Source: Pelagomonas calceolata
Lineage: Eukaryota
Reading direction: 5' to 3'
Length of the DNA: 64,000 nt
NCBI GenBank assembly: GCA_918797485.1
Contig: CAKKNE010000004.1
Span: 1,364,001-1,428,000, forward strand
The translations under genes and the position numbers were made by a program. The notes beneath the pieces are model-generated. The model did no database searches. It was given only the letters and a program-made list of their open reading frames with translations, and had not been told where the DNA came from. Each line of letters opens with the position of its first letter. Within the stretch, counting starts at the first letter, position 1. Shown here piece after piece: positions 1 to 10,677 of this stretch.

Positions 1-389
1 AGGAGCTGTTCGCCCGAGGTGGCGACCCGATCGACCCGATCGGGCCGATGCGCTTCTGCGGCCGGCTCGCCGCCTGGGGCGATGCCTATACGAAGGCGAC
101 GCAAGGCTACTGGAAGGACACGACGACCGCGAGTGGAAACGACCTCGGGTGGCACAAGGACCGCTACTTCCTGGGCAAGCTGGCGCACGCGTCCTTCTAC
201 TCGACGGCGATGTCGCAGACGCAGGTCCAAGCCCTGTACCAGAGCTACCTCGACCACGACTTCCTGGCGACGCCCGCGCCTTCGGCGAGGGCGACGCCCC
301 CGCCGAAGCCCGCGTCCGACGGCGCGCGGGCGGTCGCCCTCGGCTCCCTGGCGGCGCTCGCCGCGGGCCTCGCCGCGCTCCTCCTCTAG
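1..389 (+). CDS. 3' end of a secreted/GPI-anchored protein with a LamG/concanavalin-like domain terminus (partial)
   Basis: FLGKLAHASFYSTAMSQTQVQALY resembles the LamG3 C-terminal motif; followed by a P/T linker and hydrophobic GPI-like tail SDGARAVALGSLAALAAGLAALLL; 5' end lies outside the window. Confidence 0.55.
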   Translation, partial: ELFARGGDPIDPIGPMRFCGRLAAWGDAYTKATQGYWKDTTTASGNDLGWHKDRYFLGKLAHASFYSTAMSQTQVQALYQSYLDHDFLATPAPSARATPPPKPASDGARAVALGSLAALAAGLAALLL

Positions 390-526
390 GAGGGAACCTC
401 GCCCGCAATTTGACCCGCGGCTCCGTCCGACCAAGTCCCAGGACGTCGAGCTGCCCTCGTCCGAACTGACCCCCGCTGCACGAATAATTTAAGTAACAAC
501 TTGAACATTAAGGACACACACCACGC

Positions 527-1591
527 CTAGCGCGTGGCATTCCCCTGGCGGCACCACGCCCTCCCGAGCTCTCCGTCGACGGCGCTCGGCTCGAAGGCGT
601 GCTCGCCGCGCTTCGGGTAGACCGTCACCTCGCCGAGGAAGAATGATGCGCCCGCGTCGAAGAGGTCGATTCGCGCGAAGTCGAGCCCCCGCGCGAGGCC
701 GTCGCACACATCCCTGGCCTGACGGACGCGCGCCGGCGCGAGGCCGGCGCCCGCGGGCTGGCGGTCCACGGCCACGGGGAGGCGGCGCCCCGAGCGCGGG
801 TCGTGGAACGTGTCCCGCTTCCGCGCCCCCCGCGGCCGGCCGCTCGCCGCGTCGAAGCGGTGCGTCACGTGCTGGACGAGCGCCGTGCGGCCGCGGAAGG
901 CGAAGCACTTGACGTCGTCCGCCGGCGTCGCGCCGTCCGTCCGATAGACCAGCCGCTCCGCGACGACGCCGGGCGTCAGCTTGGAGTATGCCCACTGCGT
1001 CACGTCGTACATGGTCCGCGTCCAGCGCGCGCACAGCGTCGCGAGGAGCTCGGGCGTGACGCGCGACCCCGGCGCGAGCCGCCGCTCGCCGCAGGGCTTG
1101 TGGCCGACGACGCGGCCGCCCTCGACGAGGACGAGGCAGCCCGTCGTGTGGGTCGCCTTGAAGGCGTAGGCGTCCGCGCCGATCTCCGGCACGGCGCACG
1201 TCTTCGAGGCGAACAGGACTTCGGGCGTCCGGACGCCGCGCAGCTCCGCCCAGCGCTTGACCAGTTGTTTGTCCGTGAGCGCCGCGAGGACGGGCCGCCG
1301 GTCGCGGGCCATGCGCGCCTTGACCAGCTCATTAAACGACGGCGGCCCCGCGGCGCACGCGGGCGCCAGGAACGCGGGCTCGTCGGCGCCCGCCGTCGCC
1401 GCGCGCGCGAGGTGCGCCAGCAGCTTCGTGTCGTTGTTGCTCCTGTAGAGGTAGGCCGGCATGCGGTTCGCCGCCAGGGCCCCGACGGCGGGCGAGCGGA
1501 CCGCCAGGTCCTTCACGCAGCAGCGCAGGTAGTAGGCGAGGTAGAGGAGCGCCGCGACCAGTGTTGTACTGCGCGGGCAGCCCATGGTCAT
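527..1591 (-). CDS. TupA-like ATP-grasp protein with N-terminal membrane anchor
   Basis: Motifs DKQLVKRW, FKATHTTG, VVAERL, DDVKCFAFRG and DFARIDLF..FFLGEVTVYP match the ATPgrasp_TupA family; start taken at ATG 1591. Confidence 0.8.
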   Translation of the reverse strand: MTMGCPRSTTLVAALLYLAYYLRCCVKDLAVRSPAVGALAANRMPAYLYRSNNDTKLLAHLARAATAGADEPAFLAPACAAGPPSFNELVKARMARDRRPVLAALTDKQLVKRWAELRGVRTPEVLFASKTCAVPEIGADAYAFKATHTTGCLVLVEGGRVVGHKPCGERRLAPGSRVTPELLATLCARWTRTMYDVTQWAYSKLTPGVVAERLVYRTDGATPADDVKCFAFRGRTALVQHVTHRFDAASGRPRGARKRDTFHDPRSGRRLPVAVDRQPAGAGLAPARVRQARDVCDGLARGLDFARIDLFDAGASFFLGEVTVYPKRGEHAFEPSAVDGELGRAWCRQGNATR

Positions 1592-1841
1592 TTTACGCGG
1601 CGTCGCAGTGCCACTTTTGCTCTGCACTCTGAGCTGGGCCAGACAGGTCAGGACAAGACAGAGAATTGCTCTGCAGAGCGAAGTCTCCGAGCGAGCCACT
1701 CGGGGACGCGATACGCAATCCCAGGCTGGTCCCGCAGTTGAACCCGCACGCAAGGAGCCCTGAGCTGGATGGCTCTCCACTCACTCAGTGTGCGAACAGC
1801 AAAGTGCCGGCTCACCGGTCGCGAACAAAAAAAAAGGAAGG

Positions 1842-3167
1842 ATGCGCCCCGCGACGCTGCTCCTCTGGGCAGCCTTCGCCACGCGCCCCGCGCCGGTGCG
1901 AGGCGTGGGCAGCGCCCCCAACCCGGCCCCGGCGCCCCAGCCGCGCCCGACGCCGCGGCCCGTGCCCCGGCCCACGCCCCGGCCCGTGCCCCGGCCCACG
2001 CCCCAACCCGTGCCGCGCCCGACGCCCCGGCCCGTCGCGCCGGCGCCGACGCCCCGCCCCGTGCCCGCGCCCACGCCGCGGCCGACGCCGGCGCCGTCCT
2101 CGTACGCGCCGACAACATCCGCGCCCTCGACGCGCCCGACGCCACGCCCGACCTACGCACCCACGACGCCGGCGCCGACGCCCGCGACGCCCTTCCCCAC
2201 GACGAGACCGACTTTGTCCTGCGACGAGGTCGCCAATGCTTCCATGGAATCGCTGCTCAAGGGAACCTACACGTCCATGGAGGACGCCTACGACAACGAA
2301 CGCTACGGCCACGCGACCTACGACTGCGCGGTGGAGCTCATCGAGAATCATCAACAGTACGACAAGGCCGAGCCGTACCTCTGGTGCGTTTTGGGCCATT
2401 GCGCCGGCTGCGACGATGGGCCGTGCCCGACGGCAGTCGTGGACCTGGAGACGACGGCGGAGTGCGAGAGCGCGGTTTATAACTACCTCGGCTTCGTGAA
2501 CCGCAAGAAGGCGGCGCCGGACTACGACCACGCCCGGACCTACTACGACAAGGCGCTGGAGCTGTGGCCGGGGAATTGTGGTGCGATGTCCTATATGACG
2601 GAGCTCCACCTGACCTTAAATAATGCGACGGCCGCCTCGACGACGCACGCGCGGCTCTGCGAGGAGTGCGACGAATCGTTCGCGGCGCCTTTGGTGGCCT
2701 CGATGGGCGCCTGCCCGTCGCCAACGGTGACGACGGAAGTCAAGGGCCAGGCGACGCTGGCGGGGCTGTCGCTGGCGGACGCGCAGCAGAACGAATTTGT
2801 TATCGTGGCCGCCCTCGCGGACCTCCACGAGGTTGAAACGACCGCCGTCGCCGTCGCCTTCTCCTCGTATACGCGGCGCCGCCTTTCCGGGGGCGTCGTC
2901 GTCTCCTACACCATCGCCTACGACGACGTGGCGCCCGCGCTAGCCCTCGACGCGGCCATGTTTGATCAGGCTCTAACGGACGCGGCTGCGGCGTCGGGCG
3001 TGGCCGACGTCTTCGACGCCGTCGAGACCGTGGCGTTCGGTGGTTCCGAAGCTCCGGTCGCGGCGGCGTCGGAAAGCGAGGAAAGCGGAGTGGTCAGCGA
3101 CGCCGCCTTCCGTCCGCTCGGTCGCGGGGTCCTCCTCGCGGCCGCGGCGGCCGCGTGTCTCCTCTAG
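1842..3167 (+). CDS. Secreted/GPI-anchored surface protein with PRPT-rich stalk and TPR-like segment
   Basis: Signal peptide, (PRPTPRPV)n repeats, TPR-like YNYLGF..ARTYYDKALELWP, RRRLS motif, hydrophobic C-terminal tail. Confidence 0.8.
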   Translation: MRPATLLLWAAFATRPAPVRGVGSAPNPAPAPQPRPTPRPVPRPTPRPVPRPTPQPVPRPTPRPVAPAPTPRPVPAPTPRPTPAPSSYAPTTSAPSTRPTPRPTYAPTTPAPTPATPFPTTRPTLSCDEVANASMESLLKGTYTSMEDAYDNERYGHATYDCAVELIENHQQYDKAEPYLWCVLGHCAGCDDGPCPTAVVDLETTAECESAVYNYLGFVNRKKAAPDYDHARTYYDKALELWPGNCGAMSYMTELHLTLNNATAASTTHARLCEECDESFAAPLVASMGACPSPTVTTEVKGQATLAGLSLADAQQNEFVIVAALADLHEVETTAVAVAFSSYTRRRLSGGVVVSYTIAYDDVAPALALDAAMFDQALTDAAAASGVADVFDAVETVAFGGSEAPVAAASESEESGVVSDAAFRPLGRGVLLAAAAAACLL

Positions 3168-3505
3168 CCATCCCCCCCTGTTTGTTATAGTAAGTTGCTG
3201 GCCCCTAGTGAGCCTCTTCCCGATGGCGGCCCGGACTCCTGGAGGTCTAGTCCTAGTGCATCCATCCATCCGCCTCCCCAGTTTCCTAGCGGCTGTAGAC
3301 ATACTAGGGTTGCCTTGAGAGCTTTGCGTATCGCTCAGCGCACACAGCTGTGCACAGCGCCGAGGAGGGACAGAGAGCTCTATCTTGAGGTGCAGCAACG
3401 AGCAGCATCGCTCTCGGCACGCAGCTAGAGCCCTGCGGCACCAGTGCCTCAGCTTGCAGCCCAGGGCTGGCCCGAGCGCATCGCTGCAACGCTTCGTCAG
3501 CAATC

Positions 3506-4762
3506 ATGCTCGACGATCTTGAAAAAGAGACGAGAAGCACCGACCAGACCCTCGACCACCCTAGAGTGCTACTATTAAGGACGCAGGTCGCCACCGACTC
3601 CGCGCCCTGGCTGCCGACGGAGTTATACTTGACACAAGTGAAACGCGGCCGCTGGGGCGCGAACAAAGAACCGGCGAACCCGGTGCCGCCCCTCTTCGCC
3701 GAGGCGGCGGGCCACGCCTGCGCCGTGTGTGCGCGGAGCGCGTTGATTGGGGCGTCGATTTCGCGGTGCGGCCGCTGCAAAGTCGTACGGTACTGTTCGT
3801 CGCAATGCGCCAAGGCGCACTGGCCGGTGCACAAGGCCGTGTGCCAGGAGCTCGCGAATACGGCTGTGCCTGCTTGTAAAGAGGACTACGACATACAGCT
3901 CTCGCCGGCGGCTTCTTACTTTTATCGGAGGCGTGCGAGGTGCACCATCTGCCAGGACGCGTCCTCGAAACTGAGCCTGTGCAAGCGCTGTTTTGGTGCT
4001 GCCTACTGCGCGAAGTGCGTCACGACCCACCCGAAGGAGCACTGCGACGCGTCGATCCTCGAGCAGTGCTGCCTCGGTCTGATAAGCGACATGGGCGCGC
4101 CGCTGTCCATCCCCTCGCGGACGCCGTTCCCCTCCACCAAGCCGGATGGCTGGAAGGCCTACTTCGAGGCGAAGATGTTCGACTTCGAGGTCGATGCTGG
4201 GTTACTGGCTTTAGGTCCGCCGTGCGCGATGCTGACGGAGGCGCTTAGTTTACCAATCATCATAGCGGAGCATCTGCCACGACAGGCGTCCTTCGTCCAT
4301 GTTATTGGTGCGGCGCCCGCGGACCTTGTTGGCGTGAGGCGGTTCCGCGAGGTGTTCCGGTGGCGGCCCGACTTGTCGAGGCTGGCGGTCTGCATGGTCG
4401 GGCCCCTTTTGAGGCAGGTGACGGAGAAGCAGCCGCCGGAGGATGGCTGCGATAAGTTATTGGTGCTCGAGGCGCGCGGCGGGCCCTACGCTGAAGTGGA
4501 TTTGCCGCCTCCGGACCTCGTCGTTCTTTATGATATGGACGCGGCCGCGGTCGCGCTGCAGCGCGGTAAACCGGTGGTCGCGTTGGCGTCCACGAAGGAC
4601 GACGCGGACGCGATGCACGCGGCCCTATCCCGCCAAACGGACCGGCCGGTGGCGCCGCCGCGCGAGAACCCGTTCCGCGGCCTGCGGCCGCGGCGCGCCG
4701 CCGCGCCGGCGGCGGGGTACGTCTACGCGAATCACTGGGTCGTCGTCGCGGGAGGCGCGTAA
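3506..4762 (+). CDS. MYND zinc finger protein, MSS51-like
   Basis: CAVC..CGRCKVVRYCSSQCAKAHWPVHKAVC is a MYND finger; second degenerate finger; VHVIGA and ENPF motifs of the MSS51-like C-terminal domain. Confidence 0.8.
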   Translation: MLDDLEKETRSTDQTLDHPRVLLLRTQVATDSAPWLPTELYLTQVKRGRWGANKEPANPVPPLFAEAAGHACAVCARSALIGASISRCGRCKVVRYCSSQCAKAHWPVHKAVCQELANTAVPACKEDYDIQLSPAASYFYRRRARCTICQDASSKLSLCKRCFGAAYCAKCVTTHPKEHCDASILEQCCLGLISDMGAPLSIPSRTPFPSTKPDGWKAYFEAKMFDFEVDAGLLALGPPCAMLTEALSLPIIIAEHLPRQASFVHVIGAAPADLVGVRRFREVFRWRPDLSRLAVCMVGPLLRQVTEKQPPEDGCDKLLVLEARGGPYAEVDLPPPDLVVLYDMDAAAVALQRGKPVVALASTKDDADAMHAALSRQTDRPVAPPRENPFRGLRPRRAAAPAAGYVYANHWVVVAGGA

Positions 4763-4824
4763 TTTTGTGTTGTCGGAGTGTCCCTGTGGTTGCGTCTTCT
4801 CCGGACTTTCTCCTCCGGGAACTT

Positions 4825-4884
4825 GAAGAGTTGCTTTGCTTAGAGCTAGGCCGCCTGAGCGCTACCCGGCCGCCGCGAAGAGTT
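4825..4884 (-). mobile_element. 44-bp insertion (copy 1) flanked by an 8-bp direct repeat (GAAGAGTT on +)
   Basis: Direct repeat at 4825-4832 and 4877-4884; 4831-4856 is the exact reverse complement of 47108-47133. Confidence 0.6.
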
Positions 4885-5016
4885 AACATTTCAATGGCAC
4901 TTACTTCCTGCGCGACCAGCTGGGCCGCCGCGCGTGCTCGTGAGTGCCGGGCGTTCCGGGCGTTGCGAGGCAGAGGGAAATATCATCTCCGTCGGCGCGC
5001 GTTCTTCACGCGCAGA

Positions 5017-5430
5017 TCACACGCCGCCCTCGTCGGGGTCGAGCGGCCGCGGTTCGCTCGACGGCGTCGAGTTGTAGCCCGTGGTTTCGAACGTCCGCGT
5101 GGAACTCGCCGGCGACGGCGCCGGGCTCGGCGGGCTCAGCGTCCGCGAGATCGTGCCGATGACGCGCGCGCCGCCGGCCTGGGCCGCGATGAGGTCCTGG
5201 ATGCGCGTGCCCTCGGCGGAGCGGGACGGCCGCGGCCGCGGCAACGGCAGCGGCGGCACGTCCGCGGGTGACGGCTCGCGATTGAGCTCGGGGTTGACGG
5301 GCGTGCCGTCGCGGTTGAGCGGTCTCGGCTCGCGCGCCTTCGTGAACTTGGGCACGAAGAGCATGGAATGCGGCAGGTCGGGCGGCGTGTCTTGCGAACC
5401 GGCGGGAGACGTCGCGCGTCCTGGATCCAT
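5017..5430 (-). CDS. Hypothetical Pro/Ser-rich protein (3' end uncertain)
   Basis: ATG-initiated ORF with GC3-rich codons; no recognisable domain. Confidence 0.4.
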   Translation of the reverse strand: MDPGRATSPAGSQDTPPDLPHSMLFVPKFTKAREPRPLNRDGTPVNPELNREPSPADVPPLPLPRPRPSRSAEGTRIQDLIAAQAGGARVIGTISRTLSPPSPAPSPASSTRTFETTGYNSTPSSEPRPLDPDEGGV

Positions 5431-6164
5431 GGTCGTCGAGCCGCGCGCTGATTTGAGCTCGGCGCGAGTCGTACCGTGCGGGCGGCGCTTCTGTGGCGTC
5501 TTGGGCGCTTGGCGCGTCGCGTCGCTGCGATTTGTTGCAGCTGTACCTTGTATCTATGGCTTTGTGCTTGCGGTTTGTCGCCCGCGTTTAGCTCTTTGCT
5601 GCGCTGCTGTGGTTTGCTGCGAAGGTCGACCTGCCCCGACCTTCTGCCAGCCTTCGGGAGCACGCTGGTGTCCGGTTGATAAAATGAGACTCGAGCTCTG
5701 ATGACAACCAAAATGCACTCCGCCTGTAGTTTTGTTGAAGCCCGGAAAACGGGCTTTTACACGCATCTAACTAAGCGATAGGCGCGGCAGACCGCTCGGA
5801 CCAACGCGCCAGTCAAGCTTCGCCGCCTGCCTGTGGCCGAGGCCCGGCCGCGCGCGACGCGCCGCTGCTTCCTGCTCTACGACCGCGTGTGCACGGGAAG
5901 CGTCCAAATGAAAGACAGGGAGAGCCCTCGCCCTGCACGTACCCCGAGGAAGACGACTGAGCAACCTGTCCTCGCTCTAGAGATGCTATACGCTAGCTCT
6001 CAGTGCTCTCCGCAAAGCTGGGGGTCGCAGCGGCTCAGTGCTGGCTTAGGAGTGGCTCGGGTATAGCCGCGAGTGCAGGATTTGCTGCCACGTCATCTCG
6101 CAAGCGATCGGCGCCGCTCGACAGCCACACTGTGAAAAAAAAGTGAGGGCCACCTGTGAGAGCC

Positions 6165-7470
6165 ATGCGCATCTGCCCAGCATGCACCCGTGAGAACGAC
6201 GACGACGCGAGCGCCTGCGAAATCTGCAACGAGCCGCTCGAAGCAGCCGCGGCCGCTGCCGCGCCGGCGGCCGCGCCGGCGGCCGCGCCGATGAATGCCG
6301 TCGAGGCGTGGCACCAGGAAGGCCTGCGCCTCATCGCGCGGGAAACCGACGACCGCATGCGCACATTGCTGCAGTCGAACCTCGCCGCGCTCGTCGAGGC
6401 GCTGCCGCCCGACGAGGCGCCACCGGTGGCGACGCCGCGGCGGGTCGCACGGGCGCCCGCGGCGAGACGCCGCGCCCCGGCGCCGGCGCCAGCACCAGCG
6501 CCAGCCGCCACGCCGTCGCCGCCCCGCCGCCGCCGCCGCGCGAGCGACGACGTCGTGGGGGGTCGGACGCGCCGCGCACGGCGCGAGAGCGAACCAATCT
6601 TCGTCGAGCGCGGCTACCTTGAGACCTACCCGTCCGTCGATGCCATGATCGACACGTTCGTGCCGGCGTCGCTCTTCACGCGGCGCGCGGCGCCGGCCGA
6701 CGCCGTCCACCGCTTCCGCGCCCTCGCCGCTGCGTACCTGCGCCTCGATGTGAAGGTGCGGCAACCGGCGTCCAAGTATCCTTACAGCGGGTCGCGGCGA
6801 TGGCGTGCTGTAGAAGTACTCTCGACGTGCCGCGCAGGCGGTCTTCGACGTGCGCGCGTTCTCGTGCGGCCCCGGCGGCCCGGAGCTCCGGCTGGCCGCC
6901 GACGCGCCAGCTGATGTTTTGACATTGCTCGCGGCGCCGCCGGACGACGCCTACGTCGTCGCGTATCTGAAGGAGGAACTGATTTACGACCGGCTCGGCC
7001 TTGCGGCCGGGGAAGACGTCCTCGACGCGGTCCCGCGGCTCGGAGGCCAGGACGCCGGCGGCGACGCGGTCGAGGCAGTCGGAACGTGGCTGGCACCGAT
7101 GCCAGGAGGAAGAGTCGGCGGCGCGGACCGCTGGAGCCTGCCGGACCCCGCGGAGAGAGACTTGCAGGTCTTTTGGAGCGTCGGCGCCACGGACTCCGGG
7201 ACGCACCGAGACGAGACTGAATCTATCCTCATTGTCGTCTCCGGACGCAAGACGGTCCACTTGTGGCACCAACGCGCGCCGTGCGGCATCGGCGCAGGCG
7301 ACCGCAACCGGAGCCTTGATAATGAGCGGCCCGACGGCACACTCGTGCTCGAAGCCGGCGCCGCGCTCCACATCCCAAAAGGCATGTGGCACCGGATCTC
7401 GAGCGCCGCGGGAACGCTCGCGTTCAGCGTTCGCGTGGCCGACGCGACGGCCTTCGCCGCGTGTAAGTGA
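6165..7470 (+). CDS. RanBP2-type zinc finger + JmjC/cupin-8 dioxygenase; exons 6165-6755 and 6838-7470
   Basis: CPACTREN..CEIC finger; phase-0 intron 6756-6837 (GTGCGG..CGCGCAG) joins two ORFs; HRD..GRKTVHLW..HIPKGMWH gives the HxD..H iron triad. Confidence 0.8.
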
Positions 7471-7558
7471 TATGTAACATACAAATAGAGGGACGGAGGC
7501 GCACTTGGAGGAGCCAGAGCTCGATAGCTTAAAGTCTTAAAAATCCGCAAGCAGCCTC

Positions 7559-10144
7559 CTACGACGCCGCCGCGACCGCAGATGCGACCGCCCGCGCCGG
7601 CCGGCGGCGCTTCGCGGGCGGCGCCTCCGGCGCCGCATCGGCGGCGTCCGCCCACTTGACGTGCGTCGCCGTCCGCACGGCCCGCAGCAACTCCGCGGCG
7701 CGCACCGTCCGCTCCCTCGACGGCTCGGCGTCGTCCACGAGCCCACACAACGTCTCGTCGTGGGCCGGGCCCTCGTCGTCGCTGACGAAGACGCGCTTGA
7801 CCCGGGCCCGCGCGGCGCGGCCCCCGAGATGGACCTCGACGCTGCGCCCCGCGCACGCCTTTTCTTTCGCTGTGGGCGTTCTAAACGGCGCCGCGCCAAG
7901 GAAGCAGAGCCGCTCGTGGTCGACATCCTCAATAGCGTCGGTTCCGACGAACTGAACCTTGCACTTTTGTGAAGCGTCGCCTACTAACAAGGCCGCCTTC
8001 CACTTCGCAGCGTCGCCTTCCGTACACCGCACCTTGACCCTCATACCATCTTGCTGCGCCTCGGGGTCGTTGTACGGCGGCGTCGCGTGGCGTCTTTCCA
8101 CGCGACAGCGCCACGCTCGGATTTCGCCGCGGCACCGACACAACGCGCAGGGCGCCTTGAGCTGCTCAGGAGCCACAAGCCATCCTGATAAAGCTGTAAT
8201 ACGGCCGTCCGCGTCGAGCGCGTTGTTGTTCAATCGCCGGAAGAGTCTCGGATCTACGTCTAGGATTCTAGCCGCGTCCCGGCACTCAACGGCCTCGCGC
8301 GACGCCTTGTCGGGGAACAGCTGACCCGATAACAACACGGAGGCGTGGACCCAGCGCGACGACCCTTCGACGTCGACGCCCGGCTCCGTTGGTGTATCCC
8401 AAGTGGGGGGAACGAACGCTTTCTCTCCACTGGCGACGGAGGGCCAGTCCTGGCTATCCGGTAGTAAAACTAAGCGCCCCTCCTCATACACTTGGTCGGA
8501 CCAATCTAATTGAGCTAACCACAGCAAATCTTGTGACGCGCTGCCGCCCTCGGAGAGCGGCGGGGGCCCGACCCTTCCCTCGGAGCACGACACGCCGCAC
8601 AGTTGGTCGGCGATGGTCTTGAGCGTCTCGCCCTTTCGAGGCGCGTAGGCCGTGCGGCCGTCGACGTGAATGAGCGTGCCCGGTACTGGTAACTCGTCGG
8701 GTATCTGAGGAATCGGGTGCACCGCGTTCGGGAGCAGTGACGGGACGAACTCGCCCTCGTCGTCGATAGCGTCGTCGACGAAGGAGGCCTCAAAGTCTTC
8801 GAGCTGCAGGCCTTCCCGCCCCAATTTGCCGTTCACCAAGGCACTCAACACGTAGGACGTGAGTCCGGGCGTCGAACGTAGAGCATCTCGACAAGACGCG
8901 TACTGGCGCCAGCCCTCGTTTCTTCTTCTTACTTTAACCGGTTTCCGCCCATATCGATCTCGCTTTCGGTCCGACGCGTCCGCGAGTTTCCCTTCGCATT
9001 TGTCTGCAGCAGCCGTAGCCCACTCGGCCGGCGTTTTCTGAACGAGATGTTTATCGATGCATTCCAACTGCAAGACGTCGACGGAGCAGTGCCTCGACGC
9101 TCCGTTGAGGTCGCCGGCGAACCAGGACCTTCCTCGGAACCGGATCGACCGGCCTCGAGAAGCCAGCAGAGCTTCCACGGGCGGCCGTACCAACGCATCC
9201 ATCGTTGACGGAGGAGGCTTCGTTACATCAATGGACACGGCATGGGTCCGTTCGACCGGTAATGGTGCAGCATCATCAAATGCAACATCGGGCTCGGTAT
9301 GACTATCTAGAGGCTCCGGGGCTTTCCTCCTCCCTCGCGAGGGCGGTGTCAAACCTAAACTTCGAGCAACAGCAGCTCGGGAACGATAGGTCGCCCCGTC
9401 CGGCGCTCTGTACGCTTTGGCGCCGCCCCCACCTCTGGCTTCGCGGGCGGCCCACGTTTTTGTGATGACGTCGGAATCCCCACCCAATGAAGCCACATAA
9501 GCTGCCAACTGTCGCAGAGGCCTTGAAGACGCAGGGGCCTTCTTCTGCGTGTGCAAGCGCTGCCGTTTTTTAGGGGGCGTTTGAGTGACGACTTCATCAG
9601 AGGACTCTTCATCATCAATAGGCACGGGCGACGGCGGCGGTCGCGCGGATAGGCGAGCGTTCTTGCACTCCCGGTACTGTCTGGACGCTTTGTGCTGGCC
9701 GTAGTACCATAAAGCAGCATCATCGAATCGGCACGCGAGGACTTTCGATACCTCTAGGAGATCCTTCGCTTCGCCCCTTTTAGCTTGAGCTAACAAAGCA
9801 GCGTTCGCGTCGGCTCGTTGCGGTGCTTTTAACTCAAACAGTCTCGGTGTACTCAACTTCTCGACGACGAGTCGGGCTTTGGTCTCGTTGCCTTTGCTCG
9901 CGTACCAGGCCTTCAGCCTGACTTCGCGATGCTCGCCCTTCGGGAAGCTTGATAATAGTAAATCTTCGATAGCCACGTACTGGTCGCCTTCATCACTATC
10001 AGTGGGAATTGAAACGCGTTCGTACAATACGCAGCTTTCGTCTTTTTCTCTACCATTCGCAGCCGAACTAAAACCGACCTCGGGCAGCCAGGTCGCCTTG
10101 TTGTCTTCGTACCTCGTCTCGGAGGGGCTGAAGGGGCCGCTCAT
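7559..10144 (-). CDS. Multidomain chromatin-type protein (MBD-like, NUMOD1-like, Tudor-like)
   Basis: 861-aa ORF; YRAPDGATYRSRAAVARSLG is MBD-like; KPVKVR..WRQYASCRDALR is NUMOD1-like; C-terminal Tudor-like segments. Confidence 0.65.
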   Translation of the reverse strand: MSGPFSPSETRYEDNKATWLPEVGFSSAANGREKDESCVLYERVSIPTDSDEGDQYVAIEDLLLSSFPKGEHREVRLKAWYASKGNETKARLVVEKLSTPRLFELKAPQRADANAALLAQAKRGEAKDLLEVSKVLACRFDDAALWYYGQHKASRQYRECKNARLSARPPPSPVPIDDEESSDEVVTQTPPKKRQRLHTQKKAPASSRPLRQLAAYVASLGGDSDVITKTWAAREARGGGGAKAYRAPDGATYRSRAAVARSLGLTPPSRGRRKAPEPLDSHTEPDVAFDDAAPLPVERTHAVSIDVTKPPPSTMDALVRPPVEALLASRGRSIRFRGRSWFAGDLNGASRHCSVDVLQLECIDKHLVQKTPAEWATAAADKCEGKLADASDRKRDRYGRKPVKVRRRNEGWRQYASCRDALRSTPGLTSYVLSALVNGKLGREGLQLEDFEASFVDDAIDDEGEFVPSLLPNAVHPIPQIPDELPVPGTLIHVDGRTAYAPRKGETLKTIADQLCGVSCSEGRVGPPPLSEGGSASQDLLWLAQLDWSDQVYEEGRLVLLPDSQDWPSVASGEKAFVPPTWDTPTEPGVDVEGSSRWVHASVLLSGQLFPDKASREAVECRDAARILDVDPRLFRRLNNNALDADGRITALSGWLVAPEQLKAPCALCRCRGEIRAWRCRVERRHATPPYNDPEAQQDGMRVKVRCTEGDAAKWKAALLVGDASQKCKVQFVGTDAIEDVDHERLCFLGAAPFRTPTAKEKACAGRSVEVHLGGRAARARVKRVFVSDDEGPAHDETLCGLVDDAEPSRERTVRAAELLRAVRTATHVKWADAADAAPEAPPAKRRRPARAVASAVAAAS

Positions 10145-10677
10145 GGTCTTCGCCCTTAGTGTTTTCGGCGGCTCTCCCGGGGGGCGCTATTTCCGGCGCG
10201 GACGCTGTCCCGCGCGGGCCCGGTGGGGCCGGGGGCGCTGCGGCGACGCGCGCGCGTCGGTTTCGCTGGGTGGCGGGGCGTGCGCGCTCCCTACGGCGCG
10301 CGCTACGACGATGTGGCGCTGCGAGATGCGCCTCTCCTAGCGAGAGCTGGGGGTAAAATCCGGCGGTCGTAAGGCTCCGCCGGGAGCTCGTGGGGCGTGC
10401 GCGGGCATCGCTGGCGGGGGGCGGCGGTTGTTCGGAGCGGTGGGCTGCCCCAAGGTTTTTTTGTGGTTTCTTTGTCCAGTCGCCCGGTCGCAGTCGTACC
10501 GCGGCCCGACCGGTCCGTGGCTCAATCGAGGCGTGCGTTTCGCGCGCTCAGCCTCGCCTCTGCCTTGGCTTGGCTCTGCTCTCTGGCAATTTGGTGTGCT
10601 CTCTTGGCAAAGCGCAAACCAGACAACCGACCTGCGCGTCGCTCCGCATCCAATCGCATCTCTGCGAACCCACAACC

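Noticed and set aside
3203..3309. MITE with CCCTAGT/ACTAGGG termini
   Set aside because: Only a 7-bp inverted repeat, with no target-site duplication and no second copy.
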